Assembly (NCBI GenBank): GCA_951406725.2
Contig: OX597815.1
Location: 17,608,001 to 17,672,000 of the forward strand
From: Octopus vulgaris
Lineage: Eukaryota
Direction of reading: 5' to 3'
DNA: 64,000 nucleotides
In this document: in pieces, positions 13,060-26,129 of the stretch
Layout: each line of letters starts with the position of its first letter
Position numbering within the stretch: position 1 is the first letter of the stretch
Made by a program: the position numbers and the translations under genes
Notes under the pieces: model-generated
What the model was told of the DNA's origin: nothing
What the model saw: the letters and a program-made list of their open reading frames with translations, nothing else
Databases searched by the model: none

Positions 13060-13725
13060 GCACACATATACATGCGTTAAAAGAGTTGTTAAAACATTAC
13101 TTTTTTAGAACAGCTCAGCGTTGGGTTTTGCCAGCAGCTAAAATAAATAGCGAGGAATTGAATCCTCTCTTGGGTATCAATGAAATGTACCATATCCACC
13201 CCCAATGTAACCATTAATATTTCATGATAAACTATGCTCAGGAGATTCTGGATAAATTTGACGATATTTTATGTCTTCTTTTTTCAAGAACAGCTAAATG
13301 TATTGGTGAACAGTCGATGGCGTTGGAGAGCATAAAGATTAAAGTTGAAGTTGAGAAAAAGTTAGGTGCCATGGAGGACTGGAAGCCATCTGGATGTGAG
13401 AAAAGGGTTGCCTGTATCATGATGGTTCACCCTGGATATCAAAATGCTGACATCATGATTGCTTCTCAATGCTCTTTGAATACTGTAAATGCTGTAAGAC
13501 ATGACATAGAGACTCTGAATGAGGATTGTGAAGCCATGGCCAACAGAAAGGGACACAACAGGTATTCTGACTGTGTTTGCATGCTAGAATTCAACCCCAC
13601 ATCTTTGAGCAGGGCCCTAGGCTCAATTCAGACCCCTATATGAAGCTGCTGGAGACTATACCCAATTCCTGGTTGGAGAGGATCACTATTGGAGGGCCAT
13701 AATTTTAGCAGTAGGATTTCAAGAG
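13060..13725 (+). mobile_element. decayed Tc1/mariner-superfamily (maT-like) transposase remnant
   Basis: MEDWKPSGCEKRVACIMMVH..QNADIMIASQCSLNTVNAVR (HTH-like), then LLETIPNSWLERITIGGP*F*Q*D resembling the 'PW..GRPYVWQQD' segment; boundaries approximate. Confidence 0.5.
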
Positions 13726-14409
13726 AAATAGTTTATAGTTCATTAAATGAACCTAAGTATATGTCTGGTACTATTTAATCCTCAACTCAAACAAGGGATG
13801 AAAGTCAAAGTCAAATCACATAATTTAGACCAATGGGATGGAGCTAAATGCTATTTACCATTTAATTTAATGCTGTACTCTTTGTCACTCCTCAAACCTT
13901 TCCAATAGGCACAAAGTCAGAAATACTGGGAGAGGGGAGTGAGTCAATGAAATCAACCCCACTACTTGACTAGTACTTAATTTTATCAATCCCAGAAAAC
14001 TGAAATGCAAATTATTTGACATTGGCAAGATTCAAACTCAAAAGGTAAAGAGTTGATACATATACCACAAAGCATTATGTTCAATGATCTAAAATTTCTG
14101 CTAATTCACAACTCTAATATCAGTAATAATAATAATAATAGTAATAATATTAATAATCCTTTCTGCTATAGGCACAAGGCCTGAAATTTTGGCGGAAGGG
14201 ACTAGTTGATTGCATTGACCCCAGTACGTGACTGGTACTCACTTTATTGACCCTGAGAGGACAAAAGGCAAAGTTGACTTTGGTGGAATTTGAACTTGGA
14301 ACGTAAAGATGGATATGTGTAGCATACTAATGATTCTGTCAGTGCCTTAGTAACAATAATAATGATAATAATAATAATAATTAATTCTTTTATTAATAAT
14401 AATAATAAT

Positions 14410-14968
14410 AAATGCCCAGATGAAGTACCAGGCAGTGGCTCTCGTGGCTTCTGATCTTAACTGATTGGAAGTGTTATCATGTACATTGTTTTGTCTTGGC
14501 ATAAAAGATGGGCTACAGCAAATATTCTGCTCAATACCACAGATTTGCTTGTCAGTTGTTTGACCTTAACCAGTTGACCATGTCCCTTAGTGGCTGACGA
14601 TATGTGCATCTCTGATCATGAGCAGAAGTAGTGGTGGAGCATCATAGCCATGTGTTGAGAGGGATTCTTTGGGGTTTGAATAATTCACCTCTGGAAACAT
14701 GGGTGTTTCATTCAACATCCTTTAACAACCCTTATTCAGGGATCTTTTGAGCGGGATGGGCTACTCAACCAGAAGAAATTCTAACTAGGCCCCACCTGCA
14801 AGGTCATATGTTGTTTGTCATGATATGAGATCACCATGTCGCGCACATATGGTTGTGATGCATGTGCCTAGTGTACCTTTATCAGACGGGTAGTCATGAT
14901 GGGTATACTGGGCTTTGTATATTTTATCCCACTGTCACTTTGATGGCATGCACTGCTCTCTCACTCAA
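14410..14968 (+). mobile_element. second full copy of the (TAA)n-targeting element
   Basis: same ends AAATGCCCAGATG...CTCTCTCACTCAA. Confidence 0.75.
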
Positions 14969-15866
14969 TAATAATAATAATAATGATGATGATGATGGTG
15001 ATGTTGATGACAATGACAATAATGGTAAATCACAAAAAAAGGTGTCAATATGAGCAACACATTTTCAATGCCAGCAACAGAATATGGTTTTATAGAATTG
15101 TATGCGAACATCAAGTATTATATATTTATGAGAGCACCATGACAAAAGTATCAGACACACAGACACACACTGCAATAAACCAGACATTAGGCAACTTACA
15201 CATACCAAAATGTGAAGATAGTAGGAAAGTCTTGAGTATCAGAAAATAGTTTCAGAAGGCAGTTATCAATGTTACTTATTATATTTCTTGCTCCCATGGA
15301 AACCTACTGCATACCTTTAGTATTGTTTTGAAGCCCTTCAACAGCTCTGAACAAGCAGATTATACATACCTATGTTAATTACAATGAAAAGAAATGTAGT
15401 AAATTGTTCATCGTAGCAGAAAATGCTCCTTAAGAACCTGGGTAACATTTTGTTGAACAGCTACAATGTAAACCTTATGCAACACTGCATGTCCCCAGTC
15501 AGGGATTAAAACCTGAATGTGATGAAGAAATCCAACTAAGATGGGGTAGTTGATGCAGGATTTACCGTACGGTTATAAGACATCAATGCAAGACACATTG
15601 ACAAGAATATCAATAATTTCCAAAATTATTGATATTACAGTTTTATATTTAAGAGGCGAGAAATTATTTACATTATTTACATTTGATGGATATTTGTCCT
15701 CGAAACGTGTTAACAACAAACAAAACAAGGACAAATATCTGTCAAATTAAATAAAGTAAATGTTACATATGTTATCTATTTTATAAAATAATATCTCAGA
15801 TAGTATCAGAATAGCCGTTATTGACTCACACAAAATATATATAGAGACAATAATTTAGCAAAACAA

Positions 15867-15906
<40 letters not shown>

Positions 15907-15910
<4 letters not shown>

Positions 15911-16106
15911 AGAGTTTAAGAAAAAAAGAAAAGACAAAGACAGGTGGTGTACAAAACAAACAGATGTATTAGTATAACGCTCAGGAATAGAAAAAGTCTT
16001 TTACGTTTCAAGCCTATGCTCTTCTACAGAGAGGTACACAGAAAAAACAAGGAGAGAAACAAGTAGAGAATAAAAATGTGTGTAGTGGCTAACAATCTAT
16101 CATGGC
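15907..16106 (-). mobile_element. same family, variant hammerhead (CUGUAGA) at 15997-16033
   Basis: minus strand ctctCTGTAGAaGAGCatagGCTTGAAAcgtaaaagac. Confidence 0.65.
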
Positions 16107-17029
16107 ACCCAGTGACCTAAGCTTCTTAAAAAAACTTTTTGTGATATTTATATGAATTTTTAGTTGTCTTGGGAAATGACAACACAAAGGTCTTATGAAA
16201 TTTTAGGCAGGTTACCCGGTATGATACAATAATCAGATATTATTCTCCAACCCATGCCAGCATGGAAAATGAACGTTAAATGATAAAAAAAAAACAATAA
16301 TGTTTTAAGATTTAACAATTATAGATGACAGTGGTGTTGAGCAGAAGTCAACCAAAAACCAATAAAATAACATTTTCTTAGGGTCGTCGCCAGTGCCGCT
16401 GGACTGGCTCCTGTGCAGGTGACACAAAAAGCACCATTTGGGCGTGGCCATTGCCAGTACTACCAAACTGGCCCTCGTGCCAGTGGCACATAAAAGCACC
16501 CACTACACTCTCAGAGTAGTTGATGTTAGGAAGGGCAACGAGCTGTAGAAATTCTGCCAGATTAGATTGGAGTCTGGTTCACCAGACCTCAGTCAAATCA
16601 TCCAACCCATGTTAGCATGGAAAGCGGACTTTAAATGATGATGATGATGATGATTGAATTTTTAAGTGTGGTAATTAAGAAGTGTGTTTGCAATTTCATC
16701 TGTAATTGGTTTAACTGAAATAATATATATTCACTTTGTAAAGACAGTGATGAGTTAACTATAAGAATAAATATTAGTGTGCTCCACAAAATAGCAACAC
16801 CAGCTAACATCTGTAGATGGCTGATAGAGCATTCTCTCAGAACTTTTTTAAAATCTTCTTAATTTATGTATATTTTTGAAATGCAACAAATTCTTTGTGA
16901 TGCAATAAAATAAACTTTTGATAGGTTTTTCTCTTAAATAACAGAAACAACAACAATAATAATAATAATATTAGTAACAATAAAGTAAATATTCTAGCCT
17001 TCTCGGTTATAAATAAACCTTCAAAATGA

Positions 17030-18560
17030 TATGGAATTTCAGTGAAATGAAGAGCCTAGAAAGCTGAGAGAGGTAAGATATACTTATTCTATACACAAGC
17101 GAGATGGGAGCTGATGCAAAAAAAAAAAAAAAAAAAAAAAAACTAATATAAAATATCAAGTGTGATTAGAAAACATCTTAGAACGAAACAAAAGGAACCT
17201 GATAAGAAAACAAAACAAAAACAATACTCTTATCTCTAAGGAAATAATAAATTACAAACTAGAAGCAAATTACACTAACGAACGAAATTAAGATTAAAAC
17301 AAAACAGAAAAGACAAAATGAAAACGAAGATTCCAAAATATCAGGACAAAAAAAGGAGTAAAAAAAAAAGCCACTCCACTCCATGGCCAACACCGTTAAG
17401 ACTGGACAGAGAGCGATGAGCTAGATTGAAACACAATAAAGGCTCAAAGACTTTGACCTAAAAGCAGAAATAGAAGATCTGAGTTTAGCAGTAAAAGATC
17501 AAAGCACAATAATAATATAACTATAATAAGGTTAAAAAAAAAAAGAAAAAAAGCAATACTAACATCAAGTGCAGGGTATGCAACCAATACAAGGAGATGG
17601 TTGAATACATTATTTCCAGCTGCCAAGTGCAATTATATTCACAGACATGGTCACATTGGCAGCTACGTTTAACGGGCAATATGCTGACACTTCACTGTGA
17701 AACCGAATGTGGTATAAACATTTTCGGATCTTTTCGGTTTGAACGGCAGTTTTTTTAACATAACATAATTTCTTGGTAACTAAAAAATTTTAAACTTCGT
17801 ATACTGGTAGAATGTGTTTATAAAACATCTTTTTCTATTGGCTTTCTTGAGAAAATTCTATAGTTTGTAAGATATTTGTTGTTTTTTTTTCCTTCAATTT
17901 CTGCAATTTCAACCAATCAATGACGTCCATTGAGGTAAAAAAACATTCTGTGCCGTATGAATATGTCCCTCGTTTAAGAAACAGATTGGGTTTATTTACA
18001 TTTGTGAAGAAAAAAAGATACCCTTCCCTCACCCCTAACCCTAAAACAGATAGAAATGCAATAGATCAATACTAGGGTCATAATTATGGGTGACAATTTC
18101 ATATGATACCGCTAGAAAAAACTGCCATTCAAACCGAAAAAATCCACATTTTCTAACACAGAACATGATGACAACAATATGGTTGCAATTATCAGGGATA
18201 TGTGTACCCAGACTAACAAGGAGATCAAAGGAAATCATCCAGATATAATAATCAAGGACTGGAATGCAAACATCTGAACTTTCATAGTTATCTTAATCCC
18301 TTTGCTCAGTGTGCTAACAATTCTGCCAGCTTGCCGCCCTTCTGATCATGATATTGTTTGCAAAAAGATGGAGAGAGAGAGAAGTACACAGCATAATGTC
18401 TTGTAAGTTAAAACAGCACAGTACCAATAGCTACCGAAGTGTACTATTTGAGTTATGCTCAATAGCATAACTCAAATAGTACAGTTTGCACACAAAACAC
18501 CTTATGCAACAATCATCCGATAAAATAACACACCTCATGAAATACATACACTAAGGAATC
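17030..18560 (+). mobile_element. decayed R4/Dong-like LINE remnant (CCHC knuckle and RLE), split by a MITE
   Basis: fragments PLHGQH, LKAEIE..AVKDQS, KCRVCNQYKEMVEYIISSC, TNKEIKGNHPDIIIKD with stops and frameshifts; boundaries approximate. Confidence 0.6.
17726..18145. mobile_element. MITE, 30-bp TIRs, 8-bp TSD, GG..CC termini (Merlin-like)
   Basis: GGATCTTTTCGGTTTGAACGGCAGTTTTTT / AAAAAACTGCCATTCAAACCGAAAAAATCC; TSD ACATTTTC at 17718-25 and 18146-53. Confidence 0.8.
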
Positions 18561-20414
18561 ATCACCAAACAATGCAAATGAACTCATACTCTATGTTATA
18601 AGCACTTAGAAAAATAATAGATTACATAGCATGTACAAAACACAAACACCACCAAACAAAATACTACAACTCATATCACACAGCCTACAATAGACAAAAC
18701 CAGGAACAATAAATAGCACCAGAAACAATAAAACCGATCTGCAGTAACATACAAACATTATTCTATCATCATCGTTTAATGTCCGTTTTCCGTGCTAGCA
18801 CGGGTTGGACGGTTTGACCTGGGTCTGGGAAGCCAGGAGGCTGCACCTGGCAGTGTTTCTACCGCTGGATGCCATTCCTAACACCAACCACTCTGTGAGT
18901 GTAGTGGGTGCTTTTTATGTGCCACCAACACAGGTGCCAGGTGAGGCTGGCAGTGGCCACGATCGGTTGGTGCTTTTTATGTGCCACTGGCACAGGTATC
19001 ACAACTACAATTTCCATTTGATATTTATTTCGATGTTGATGTACTTGACTCAATAGGTCTCCTCAAGCACAGCAGGTCACATGCCACGGGCACAGAAGCT
19101 ATTCAAGGCGGCGCTGGCACCGGCCACGTTCGGATGGTGCTTTTTATATACCACCGGCATCACAACTACAATTTCCATTTGATATTTATTTATTCTTTAA
19201 AAGTCAAATATAGCACACACTCAGAATTGCAACTGGTGTAGCAGATGAAGCTTGCATGGTGAAACTTGCATGAAACTGTTGGAAGCATAATGATGTTTTC
19301 TAACACAAGCACAAAGCTACAAATTTTGGATTAGGCTATAGTCAGTTTCATTCTTGCACTTGACCTGCACTTCATCTACTCTACAAGATTTGATGCCACA
19401 ATATAAAGGAATGGGGTTAAATAGTACAGAGTATTTCGTTCAAGATTTTACTGTTTCTGCTATTATCTCTGTCGTTATAATTTTCAAATTAATAAGAATA
19501 GAGAAGAAAATAATAGAAAATGTAAAAAATGACAAAGCAAATAATAAAATCAGGAAGGAACTAAAAACATATGGTAAAAAACAAAGAGAAAACCCTCTAC
19601 ATTGTTAGTCACCAGCAGCAAAACGAGAGAGAGAGAGGGTGAGAGAGAGTGAGAGAGAGAGAGAGAGAGAGAACTGATAGAAAAGATATTAATCATTAAA
19701 AAAAAAAACTGGACAAATTGTAAAAACAGAATGTTTGATTTTAGCTGTGCAAGATGTCTCGCCCCCAAAATGTCCAAATTACACAATGCTTCACCAAAAC
19801 TGCTCCCTCCCTCTCTCTCTTTCGGAGAGGCACAAGCACCTACACGCACATATACATACACGGCAGTAACTTCTGCCTGTCGAATTCAATCACAAAGCTT
19901 TGGTCGGCTTGGGGCTATAGCAGAAAACACCTGCCCAAAATGCCACGCAGTGGGACTGAACCCGAAACCATATAGCTAGGAAGCAAGCTCCCTAACCACA
20001 CAGCCATATTTTAATAAAATAAAATACTAATATTAATTGTAGACTAACATGAGATCACCTTATTTTCAGCAGCCAGTCCTTGCCACATGTATTTCAAGGT
20101 AGTTAGCTCTAGACATTGGGCAATATGGAAATACTTGAAAACTGAAAATAAGTGGATTTAAGCAGGTGCCAAATATGATATGTGTGACTTTAGCATGACA
20201 GCTGAAGTCAAGAACACCCAGATAGAAATTGAAAAGTTATCAGGGATCTCAAAAGAGGCATGATTTAGTGTATAAACATAGCTTGTACAAAAACATAAAC
20301 ATAAACCGCCCCCCACCCTCACCCTCACACAGACACACTGAACCAAAGAAGGAACCCCTATCGGCTAATAAAAATAGTACCCAAATTTCTTTCAAATCCT
20401 AACTTACTACATCT

Positions 20415-20621
20415 ACTCCTTTACTTATTTTGGTCATTTGACTGTGGTCATGCTTGAGTACCATTTTTAGTCGAGCAAATCGACCCCAGGACTTATTCTT
20501 TGTAACCCTCGTACTTATTCAATCAGTCCCTTTTGCTGAACCGCTAAGTTACAAGGATGTAAACACACCAGCATCGGTTGTCAAGCGATGTTGGGGGACA
20601 AACACAGACATACAAACATAT

Positions 20622-20658
<37 letters not shown>

Positions 20659-20780
20659 CGATGGGCTTCTTTCAGTTTCCATCTACCAAATCCACTCACA
20701 AGCCTTTGGTCAGCCTGAGGCTATAGTAGAAGACACTTGCCCAAGGTGCCACGCAGTGGGACTGAATCCAGAACCATGTG
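20415..20780 (-). mobile_element. SINE family A, head truncated at RTE junction
   Basis: homology to other copies. Confidence 0.8.
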
Positions 20781-20799
20781 GTCCAGTCCCACTGCGTGA

Positions 20800-21555
20800 C
20801 ACCTCTGCTGGTGACAAAGGGCCTCTCACTCAGAGTAAAAGGTAGACTGTATGATGCATGTGTGCGAACAGCCATGCTACATGGCAGTGAAACATGGGCC
20901 GTAACTGCTGAGGACATGCATAAGCTTGCAAGGAATGAAGCTAGTATGCTCCAATAGATGTGTAATGTCAGTGTGCATACAAGATGGAGTGTAAATGTCC
21001 TGAGAGAAAAGTTGGTGTGCAAGAGAGACGAGTGCACTGATATAGTCATGTGTTGCATATGGATGAGGACAGCTGTGTGAAAAAGAGTCACACTATAGCA
21101 GTAGAGAGAACCTGTGGAAGAAGTAGACCCAGGAAGATCTGGGATGAGCTGGTGAAGCATGACCTTCAAACGTTGGGTCTCACCCAAGTGATGACAAACG
21201 ACCGAGACCTTTGGAAATATACTGTGCTTGAGAAGACCCAGCAAGCCAAGTGAGACTGTAAATGTGGACTATGCCAGTACAGCATAACCAGCCCATTTAA
21301 GAGTACCCTTCAATCATAGGGCAATAAACTGCGTTTGCGAAGACCTGTTGAGGCAAGTGAAGTTGTTGTCGTGGCCGATGACAGTAGCACCTGTGCAGGT
21401 GGCATGTAAAAAGCACCATTTGAGTGTGGTTGCTGCCAGTGCAGCCTGACTGGCTTCCATGCTGGTGGCATGTAGAAAGCACCATTCAAGCGTGGTCAAT
21501 GCCAGTACTGCTTGACTGGCCCTCAAGCCAGTGGCATATAAAAAGCACCAACTAC
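20800..21555 (+). mobile_element. RTE-clade LINE 3' fragment (end of ORF plus 3' UTR)
   Basis: PLLVTKGLSLRVKGRLYDACVRTAMLHGSETW ... HVLHMDEDSCVKK...GRSRPRKIWDELVKHDL; UTR has the tandem units seen in the (GAT)n-tailed repeats. Confidence 0.8.
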
Positions 21556-21807
21556 AATCGTTAGCATGCTAGGTGAAATGCTTTGCGATATTTCATCTAT
21601 TTTCACATTCTGAGTTCAAATTACACCGAGGTCGACTGTGCATGTCATCTTTCCAGGGTTGATGAAATAAGTACCAGTTGAATACTGGGGGTCAATGTAA
21701 TCGATTAGTTCCCTCCCCCATAATTTCAGGCCTTGTGCCTATGGTACAAAGTATCATCATCAAAAGATTGGTAGATTGACAGAATTGTTGATGCTGGATA
21801 AAATGCT

Positions 21808-22215
21808 TTACTCTTACTCTTTTACTTGTTTCAGTCATGTGACTGTGGCCATGCTGGAGCACCGCCTTTAATCGAGCAACTCGACCTCGGGACTTATTCT
21901 TTGTAAGCCCAGTACTTATTCTATCGGTCTCTTTTGCCAAACCGCTAAGTTACGGGGACATAAACACACCAGCATCGGTTGTCAAGCGATGTTGGGGGGA
22001 CAAACAGACACACAAACATACACGCACACACACACACATATATACATACATATATACGATGGGCTTCTTTCAGTTTTCCGTCTACCAAATCCACTCAGAA
22101 GGCTTTGGTCGGCCCGAGGCTATAGTTAGAAGACACTTGCCCAAGGTGCCACGCAGTAGGACTGAACCCGGAACCATGTGGTTGGTAAACAAGCTACTTA
22201 CCACACAGCCACTCA
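21808..22215 (-). mobile_element. SINE family A
   Basis: homology to other copies. Confidence 0.85.
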
Positions 22216-23111
22216 TGATATTTCTTCCAAGTTCTAAGTTGAAGTCTTGGTAAGGTTAACTTTGGGATCAATACAGTAGTCTAAGTACAGAGGTGGTTGG
22301 TATTGACTAATCCTCAAAATTACTGACCTTTCACCTAAATCACAAACCATTATTATTGTTTGTACATATAGTAATATGTGGTAGATGGCAGAATTGGTGG
22401 AGTGTTGAACAAAAGGCATGCGGTAATCTTTGATCAGATTCAAATAGTATTGTGTTCAAGTTTTTCTTTCACCTTTCTGTGTTGATAAAATAAATACTAG
22501 TAATATAGTGGGAAAAGGGGAATGATTGAAGATACTATAGTAAACAAATATAGTACTATGAAAATATTTTCGTTACATATTACATCTTTTTCATACAGAA
22601 AATTTCAATAGCTTCAACTTGCTTCACAACATTGTGTATGCATGTTAGACACTTATCTATCAGACACTCTCTCGCACACACACACGTGTATATAGACTCA
22701 CAGACAGAGACGTAACAAATGAGAGTTATGTTCATAATAAATAATGGAAGATATATTATATTTATGACAAACCCAAAATAGAAGATTCTAAGCTGTCATC
22801 AGGACAAGAAAGATATTTTGTCTTAGGTAATGATAGTTTGGTGGCTATTGCAAAATAACCTGTTTTGAGCGAAAACAAATTTAATCTGTCAGCCATCAGA
22901 AAGATCCATTTGAATGGAAACTTTCCTTCTGTCCGTCTGCCTCTCTGTCTCTCTCTCTCTTTTTCACTCTCTAAACCTATCAGTGATAACACAAGAGTAG
23001 CTGCAAATAATACAGGGTAAGAAATATACCAAGTATAGAGTTAGCTCTGATGTCTACATCTGTACTAACATACCCATATATTTTAGCACATAATGAAATC
23101 ATTCAAACAGT

Positions 23112-23572
23112 TCTGGTATATTTCGTTTTTGGATTTGGTTTGCAATATTCTTCATGTGAGTTCGTGTGTTGAAGCATATTCTGTTGTGTCTGGGGAGAGT
23201 CATTTTTTTTATTTTGTACCTTATAATGTAACACACTCACCAGTAAAATTTCCACTTATTTCTTATTTTTATTTCCCTAAAATTTTCATTGCGTCTTGCA
23301 ACCTTTTCAATAGTCTTGACTCTCAGATTTTGTGTATAGCTTGGAGGAGATGCATGTTCCTGTGTTGAAGCATATTCTGTTGTGTCTGGGGAGAGTCATT
23401 TTCTTTTTGTGCCTTGTAATGTAACACACTCACTGACAGAGTCAAGACTATTGAAAAGGTTGCAAAATGCAACGAAATTTTAGGAAAATAAAAATAAAAA
23501 ATAAGTGGAAATTTTACCAGTGAGTGTGTTACATTATAAGGCACAAAAAGAAAATGACTCTCCCCAGATACA
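23112..23572. mobile_element. composite inverted insertion of a ~200-bp repeat family with candidate U3-A8 hammerhead
   Basis: segments in both orientations, flanked by near-identical AACAGTTCTG(G/A)TATAT; family also at 27845-28015 and 51640-52011. Confidence 0.6.
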
Positions 23573-23612
23573 ACAGTTCTGATATATATTCAGTAAAATA
23601 TTCTGTCATATA

Positions 23613-23997
23613 TCTCTCTATATATAAACGGCAGTTTGTCTGTGCGTGTTTCTGTGTGTCTGTTTTCTCGTACCCTCACCCTGACCACGGCTTTCAACCG
23701 ATTCTGATGAAACTTGACACACACATAGCCCAATGTCATAATTCAAAACTAACGCAGCGAAAATTTTGAAAAGTTCCCCCAGTTCTGAAAAAAATCGATA
23801 AATTCGACATGGGGTCGAGAATCAGGAATACGAACCACAAACTGTCTAGGGGACGCAACTCTACCTTTTTTAAATCCCCCAAAAAAATTTACCATCATTT
23901 TTTTCCATTTTTTTGCTATTTTTTGGCTATAACTCTCTAAAAATGCTTTATAGTTATTTCCCTTACAAACCTGAGCAACGCCGGGCGATACTGCTAG
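23613..23997 (+). mobile_element. non-autonomous Helitron
   Basis: A|TC 5' end, subterminal hairpin CCTGAGCAACGCCGGG, CTAG|T 3' end, no TSD. Confidence 0.75.
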
Positions 23998-24559
23998 TAC
24001 TTAGTATATACTCAGTAAAAATTATGAAACTTATTTTGTTAGATTTTTCATTAAAAACACTCCCAAAGCAAAAAACAAAAAAAAACGCCACTTCTTTAAT
24101 TAAATGGAGAAGAAAAGAATTACTGTTACCTAGTTTTTCTATCCTGCTATTGCTATATATAAGTAGCCTAGAATTGCCATCTGGAGAAGCAACCTCTAAA
24201 CAGCCTAATGCTGTAAGTCAGCTGGTATGCTTGATCACAGGAAAATTGAGCACTAAATTTAGTTTTGACAACAGCAGGCAGAGAGGTATTCTTACTTCAT
24301 CGTTAATACATAATTGAAGCTAAGATGCATACATCAGCAAACTTATATAGCATGATTTGTTGAATTAGATAATTTTCAATGCTTACAAAATGTCTTAGAA
24401 TTGAGAACAGATATAAAAGAATGCCTGGAAGACTGGTAATATGTAACAGTTGCTGTCCACATTGTAAGCATATTAGATTACATTCTAGAAACATAAACAC
24501 ATTTAGTTTTAATACATTAGTCTGAGAAGATGGGACTTTGCCCATACTTTTGATTTTAT

Positions 24560-25538
24560 GCCTACTTCTGTGCCAGTGGCACATAAAAGGCACTATTCAA
24601 GTGTGATCGTTACCAGCTTTGCCTTACTGGCACTTGTGCCCCGTGCTAGTAGGGTGCTAAGAGCACCATCCTAGCATGATCATTGCCAGAGCGACTAACT
24701 GGCTTCTGTTGTGCCGGTGGCATGTAGGAGGCACCATTCGAGCGGGATCGTTACCAGCATCGCCTTACTGGCACATGTGCCATTGGCATGTGTAAAAAGA
24801 TTCGAGCGAGGTCGTTGCCAGTACTGCCTGACTGGCCCCCGTGCCAGTGGCACGTAAAAGCACCCACTACACTCTCGGAGTGGTTGGCGTTAGGAAGGGC
24901 GTCCAGCTGTAGAAACTCTGCCAGATCAATACTGGAGCCTGGTGCAGCCATCTGGTTCGCCAGCCCTCAGTCAAACCTATATCTTTACTACCCACAAGGG
25001 GCTAAACACAGAGGGATAATGATGATGATAGCTTTTCTATTTAAAGGAAATCCACATCACCTTCTTCATATACCAATGAAGGAGAACTGCTGGACTGGCT
25101 CCGTGCGTAACTAGTACTTATTTAATCGACCCCGAAAGAATGAAAGGCAAAGTCGACCAAGGCGGAATTTGAACTAGCAACATAGCGGCAGACGAAATAC
25201 TGCTAAACATTTCGCCCGGCATACTAATGTTTCAGCCAGCTCGCTGCCTTCAGTCAAACCATCTAACCCATGCTAGCATGGAAAGCGGACGTTAAACGAT
25301 TAAGTCGGTTATATTGACCCCAGTGTGTAACTGGTACTTATTTAATCGAACCCGAAAGGATGAAAGACAAAGTCGACCTCGGCGGAATTTGAACTAGCAA
25401 CATAGTGGTAGACGAAATACCGCTAAGCATAGTGCCCGGTGTGCTAACATTTCTGCCAGCTTGCCGCCTTCAGTCAAACTGTCTAACCCATGCTAGCATT
25501 GAAAGCGGACGTTAAACGATGCTGATGACGATGATGAT
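24560..25538 (+). mobile_element. RTE-tail repeat with nested SINE B and 220-bp tandem duplication
   Basis: TCAGTCAAAC at 24967, 25250 and 25470. Confidence 0.75.
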
Positions 25539-26094
25539 AGCGGATTAAGGAAACTGCACGAGATGTGTGTAGCTGATAAGGAAACAAAAGGGAAACAAAT
25601 GTAATGAACATGAACACACACACACACACACACAAAAGAAAAAATATGTGTTTACATAACAGGTAAAAAAACAAAATGACTCAGCCATGTGAGTATCCTC
25701 GAACCCAACTGACTTAATTAGTTAATTGGTGAAGAAAAAAAAAATATAAATATTTTCTATAGCATACTAAATAACCTCTGATCCAGCAATAACATCTAAA
25801 GTAACTAAACACAAACTTGAAACAGGGAAAAACCTGACTAGACACTGTCTTAATTATCTAAGTTGAGAGTCCCTAAGAAAGATAATTAAATAAAGATCAA
25901 GGGATTTGTTAGCTTAACAGTGAAGCTAGCTTGCAGATGTTTACCTTTGTTCTAGTAACCATCACTAGATGTTGTTAGTTTGTCAGAGGGGAAATATTGT
26001 ACCAAACAAGGATTTTGGTTTCATTTAGTATTTTGTATTACAGTTGTACCACATTACTTTCTGAGCTTCTTTTATTCACTCACAAATTTATTTT

Positions 26095-26129
<35 letters not shown>

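Noticed and set aside
23704-23720. Isolated CTGATGA heptamers (also ~27392, ~56684, ~51570 minus, ~11760 minus)
   Set aside because: No stem II plus GAAA arrangement, so not hammerheads
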